A stretch of 64,000 nucleotides of DNA, taken from the NCBI GenBank assembly GCA_040753435.1, contig JBFMEN010000052.1:129-64128 (forward strand), read 5' to 3'. Below, piece after piece: positions 60,925 through 64,000 of this stretch. The position numbers were made by a program, and so were the translations under genes. Source of the DNA: Candidatus Omnitrophota bacterium. GTDB taxonomy: Bacteria; Omnitrophota; Gorgyraeia; Zapsychrales; JANLHA01. How positions within the stretch are numbered: the first letter of the stretch is position 1; each line of letters opens with the position of its first letter. The notes under the pieces were generated by a model. That model saw only the letters and a list, made by a program, of their open reading frames with translations. It ran no database searches and had not been told where the DNA came from.

Positions 60925-62307
60925 ATGAATCCTTTTAATACCAGTAAGGTTGGGATATTTGAATGGGCAGTATTTGTCTGTTGCTTTCTTTTTTTGACCG
61001 GTAACTGTCTCGCTCAAAAAAGTTTGGTGGCGGAGGACCTGATCAGAAGCGGAAAAAAATATTATGAAAACGGGTATCATGATAAAGCCATCCATCAATT
61101 CAGCAAAGCGCTTCTGATTGAGCCGAAAAATCAGGAAGCACTGGAATATTTAGGAAAAATGGGTTTAAGCGGCGGCGTTTATGGCCAACCGGAATCTCAA
61201 CTGGACAAGATTCATGAATTGAGCGAGGAAATAGCGGCCTATCAGACCCGGGTAGGGGAGTTGAGCGATCAGCAGGACGCTCTTTCGCTGCATCTTCAGG
61301 AAGAGAAACAGCGGTTGGAAAATCTTATTATTGAAAAAGAACGCGAAAAAGAACTTTTATTGAATGATCATGAAGAACTGCGGGCTGTAGCTGAAATGAA
61401 GCTGAAAGAACAGCAGGAACAGCTGGCCGTTTTAGCAGCAAGCGAAGAGGCGAAAACCCGGGAAATAGTCAAGCTGCATACAAATTTATATTCCCTCAAA
61501 AATGAGTTAAGCGGAGGACTCGACGAACTTATTAATAAAAAACAGGAAATGGAACAGATCAGGATTGAATTCGAACAATATAAAAAAGATGAGGAATCCG
61601 CGGAGAAAGAATACCGTCAGGTTCAGATGAATATCGAACAAGAGCGGCTGGCTCTTGAAAAAGAGAGGGATGACTTGAAACATGAGGTGTTTACGGTCGA
61701 GAACGATAAACAACAAAAGATGAAAGCATTTGAGGATGTTCTGCGACAAAAAAATGCTGAACTCTTTTTGGAGAAAAATAAATCTGTCGCTAATTCTTAT
61801 GAATTGGCGAAACAGCGGCAGAATGTCCTTGATTTACGCACTAAACTGGAAAGTCTCCGGCAGGAGAAAAGCCGGCTTTCGCAGGAATCAGACGATCTGA
61901 AAGAGCAGATACATAAAATAAAATTGGCAAAGAAGCAAACCCCTGTCAAAATCAATGGCGATCAGTGGATTGATCATATAAAACGGCAGGATGACATAAT
62001 TGTTAATTTAAAGAGCCGGCTGATTATCCTTAAAGACGAAGTCGCTTCTTTTGCTGAAAGCGATAATAGCGGGCAGGTCCTGGAACTGACGAATCAAATC
62101 GAATCTTTGAAAAAAGAAATCCAGGAGAAGGAAGAAGAACTTAAATTTTCAGGGCAAAAGCAGGATATGCTGAAAATGAGGCTGGAAGAACACCAGAAAC
62201 GCTTAAAGATTGTCGACGAAATGATTCGTGAAAAGGAAGAGCACATTCTTTTCCTTGAAGAACAGGTGGGCCTTTATTCCAACGCCCCCGTTTATGGGGA
62301 GAAATAA
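60925..62307 (+). CDS. Exported TPR + long coiled-coil protein
   Basis: Signal-like N-terminus; TPR (GKKYYENGYHDKAIHQFSKALLIEPKNQEALEYL); E/K/Q-rich heptads. Confidence 0.85.
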   Translation: MNPFNTSKVGIFEWAVFVCCFLFLTGNCLAQKSLVAEDLIRSGKKYYENGYHDKAIHQFSKALLIEPKNQEALEYLGKMGLSGGVYGQPESQLDKIHELSEEIAAYQTRVGELSDQQDALSLHLQEEKQRLENLIIEKEREKELLLNDHEELRAVAEMKLKEQQEQLAVLAASEEAKTREIVKLHTNLYSLKNELSGGLDELINKKQEMEQIRIEFEQYKKDEESAEKEYRQVQMNIEQERLALEKERDDLKHEVFTVENDKQQKMKAFEDVLRQKNAELFLEKNKSVANSYELAKQRQNVLDLRTKLESLRQEKSRLSQESDDLKEQIHKIKLAKKQTPVKINGDQWIDHIKRQDDIIVNLKSRLIILKDEVASFAESDNSGQVLELTNQIESLKKEIQEKEEELKFSGQKQDMLKMRLEEHQKRLKIVDEMIREKEEHILFLEEQVGLYSNAPVYGEK

Positions 62308-62311
62308 ATCG

Positions 62312-63064
62312 ATGAGTTTTGACAGAGAAGCTATCATTCAAAAAATAAATGACTTGATGCAGCGCTCTTTGACTGCCCAGCAAGTTTATGAATGGGCCCT
62401 GAGCGCGGCGCTAACAGCAGATTTTGAAGATTTTTCAGAGAAAGATGCGGTGGGCAGCAAAGCCATCAAAATGCTGGTGGATATAAATGAGGATCGGAAG
62501 GTTAGTGATCATGAGCTGAAAGTCCTGGAATATTATCGGCAGTGTCTTGGCGGAAAACGCGAGTTTCGCGATTCTTGCAGCGAAGAGGATCTTCCCGATG
62601 TGGATCCGGCCATATTGCTTAAATGGAAGGACGCTCAAGCTCCTGCATTGGAAATGGAGACTAAAACAACCAGGGATAAAATCCTTCACCAACTACGGAT
62701 TTATGTCTATGTCTATGCCAGTTTTCTTTTATTTATTAATTTAGCCATGCTTGTGGCTCTGGGAGGGCCATGGTCTGATAAACGCTCTGAAGCGATCATG
62801 ACTTTCCCTTTTTTTATTTATGGGCTTTTTTTGCTGTTGCCCATGGGAGTTATCTCCGGCGCCAGGATGTTTTTGGCATCAATGCCGTTATTTATTATGG
62901 GAATGGCTTATTTTTGGTTTAAGTTTTTTCAGACTTTATTTTTCCTCCCTGTTCATTGGGGAAATTTATTCATGTATTTTTTTATGGGAGCAATCCCCGC
63001 ATCAATGGCTGTCGGGCTTTTGGTTTATGAAAAGTTTATGAAGAATAAGCAAGCCGCCGACTGA
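62312..63064 (+). CDS. Hypothetical membrane protein (about 4 C-terminal TM helices)
   Basis: Start reassigned to ATG 62312 just after the upstream stop (GGGGAG RBS); hydrophobic C-terminal segments. Confidence 0.8.
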   Translation: MSFDREAIIQKINDLMQRSLTAQQVYEWALSAALTADFEDFSEKDAVGSKAIKMLVDINEDRKVSDHELKVLEYYRQCLGGKREFRDSCSEEDLPDVDPAILLKWKDAQAPALEMETKTTRDKILHQLRIYVYVYASFLLFINLAMLVALGGPWSDKRSEAIMTFPFFIYGLFLLLPMGVISGARMFLASMPLFIMGMAYFWFKFFQTLFFLPVHWGNLFMYFFMGAIPASMAVGLLVYEKFMKNKQAAD

Positions 63065-63080
63065 CAGTCAGGAGAGTATA

Positions 63081-63446
63081 ATGGGAAAGAAAATTTTAAT
63101 TATAGAAGATGATCAGGATATCGTGAGCCTTCTTGAATACAGGCTGATTTCCCAGGGATATGAAGTTTTGACCGCATTTGACGGCGCCAAGGGTTTGGAA
63201 CTGGCGAAAAACGCGATGCCTGACCTGATCACGCTGGATATTAATTTACCCGAAGTCAACGGATTCACGGTCTGCAGCATGCTCAAAGCAGATGAAGTTT
63301 ATCACTCCATCCCCATTATTGTCATTACCGCTAGAGACGGGTATGCGGACAACGTTTTTGATGAAACGGTCAAGCCTGAGGCGTATGTGACAAAGCCGTT
63401 TGATATGAATGAATTAATTGAGAAGATTGAAGCTCTGATCCATTAA
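63081..63446 (+). CDS. Single-domain response regulator receiver (CheY-like)
   Basis: KILIIEDD, PDLITLDINLPEVNG, IPIIVITA, YVTKPF; AGGAG RBS. Confidence 0.95.
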   Translation: MGKKILIIEDDQDIVSLLEYRLISQGYEVLTAFDGAKGLELAKNAMPDLITLDINLPEVNGFTVCSMLKADEVYHSIPIIVITARDGYADNVFDETVKPEAYVTKPFDMNELIEKIEALIH

Positions 63447-63523
63447 TACCACGAATGCGTTTCTTTCGGCTGTCTGCAGACGGACAGGCTTGATGCTTCG
63501 AAGTTTGGGACTTGGTTTTTATT

Positions 63524-64000
63524 ATGCGTCTTACTTTCTTAGGTTTGGGTTGGGAGCAGCTTGGGCTCGCCCAGCTTTCCGCAATTGCCCGGGAACACGG
63601 GCACCAGACCGGCCTTGCTTTCAGCGCCGGTCTTTTTAATGATCGTTATAATTTACACATCCCTCTTCTTGCCGCCTGTTTTAATGATGACGCCGATGTC
63701 GTTTCAGAAATCATCCGTCAGAAACCCGATGCCCTCGTTTGTTCGCCTTTAACTTCCACATATCAATGGACGCTTGAGATTGTTAAAGAAGTCCGTCTTG
63801 TACTGCCGGGAGTGAAAACGATTTTCGGCGGAGTTCATGTCAGCGCCGTCCCCGAGCGGGTTATCTTGCGGGATGAGGTTGATTATCTTTGTGTCGGGGA
63901 GGGGGATCGTGCCTTCCTGCGAATCCTTGAAGCTGTTTCCAGGAACGGATCGCAGACGCCGATTGAAAATGTCTGGTTTAAAACTTCTGGCGGCGCCGTG
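63524..64000 (+). CDS. B12-binding-domain radical SAM protein, N-terminal part (runs off the window; absent from the ORF track)
   Basis: My translation: MRLTFLGLGWEQLGLAQLSAIAREHGH...KPDALV...TIFGGVHVSAVPE...VDYLCVGEGD. Confidence 0.85.
   Translation, partial: MRLTFLGLGWEQLGLAQLSAIAREHGHQTGLAFSAGLFNDRYNLHIPLLAACFNDDADVVSEIIRQKPDALVCSPLTSTYQWTLEIVKEVRLVLPGVKTIFGGVHVSAVPERVILRDEVDYLCVGEGDRAFLRILEAVSRNGSQTPIENVWFKTSGGAV

Overview
Bacterial window. By inference it is probably Candidatus Omnitrophota/OP3, a lineage known for giant genes. It is dominated by the 3' part of one giant + strand ORF: frame +1 is open from base 1 to 41643 (>13,880 aa), and the ATG at 22 is only the M of an internal DQAMI motif. 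The protein is a mosaic. A central ~19-kb block holds cell-envelope modules: degenerate M23, a beta-barrel-like segment, NlpC/P60, a lytic transglycosylase, a GH-A glycosidase, a YD/RHS-like region and an FKS/callose-synthase (GT48)-like domain. Two flanking arms carry unrelated 'cargo' domains (2H phosphoesterase, LOG, methyltransferase, histidine kinase, GNAT, PD-(D/E)xK nuclease-like, RelE-like) separated by at least 35 copies of a short D-x-[AS]-[MIV]-[LIVM] ('DxAML') motif. Downstream lie three secreted paralogues with a shared ~350-aa N-terminal domain, a shared GGID(L/F)N C-terminal tail and different cargoes, bracketed by the same motif in at least two of them. The candidate new system is a DxAML-delimited modular cargo/polyprotein system. 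It shows signs of cassette capture: a perfect 27-bp direct repeat at the motif around one cassette, and out-of-frame small ORFs with their own RBS embedded in the giant ORF. The rest is ordinary: a DRE-TIM aldolase, a type IV pilin-like gene, eda, mutL, mutS, a TPR/coiled-coil protein, a membrane protein, a receiver protein, a partial B12 radical SAM gene and REP-like palindrome clusters. All domain calls are by-eye motif recognition; no searches were run.
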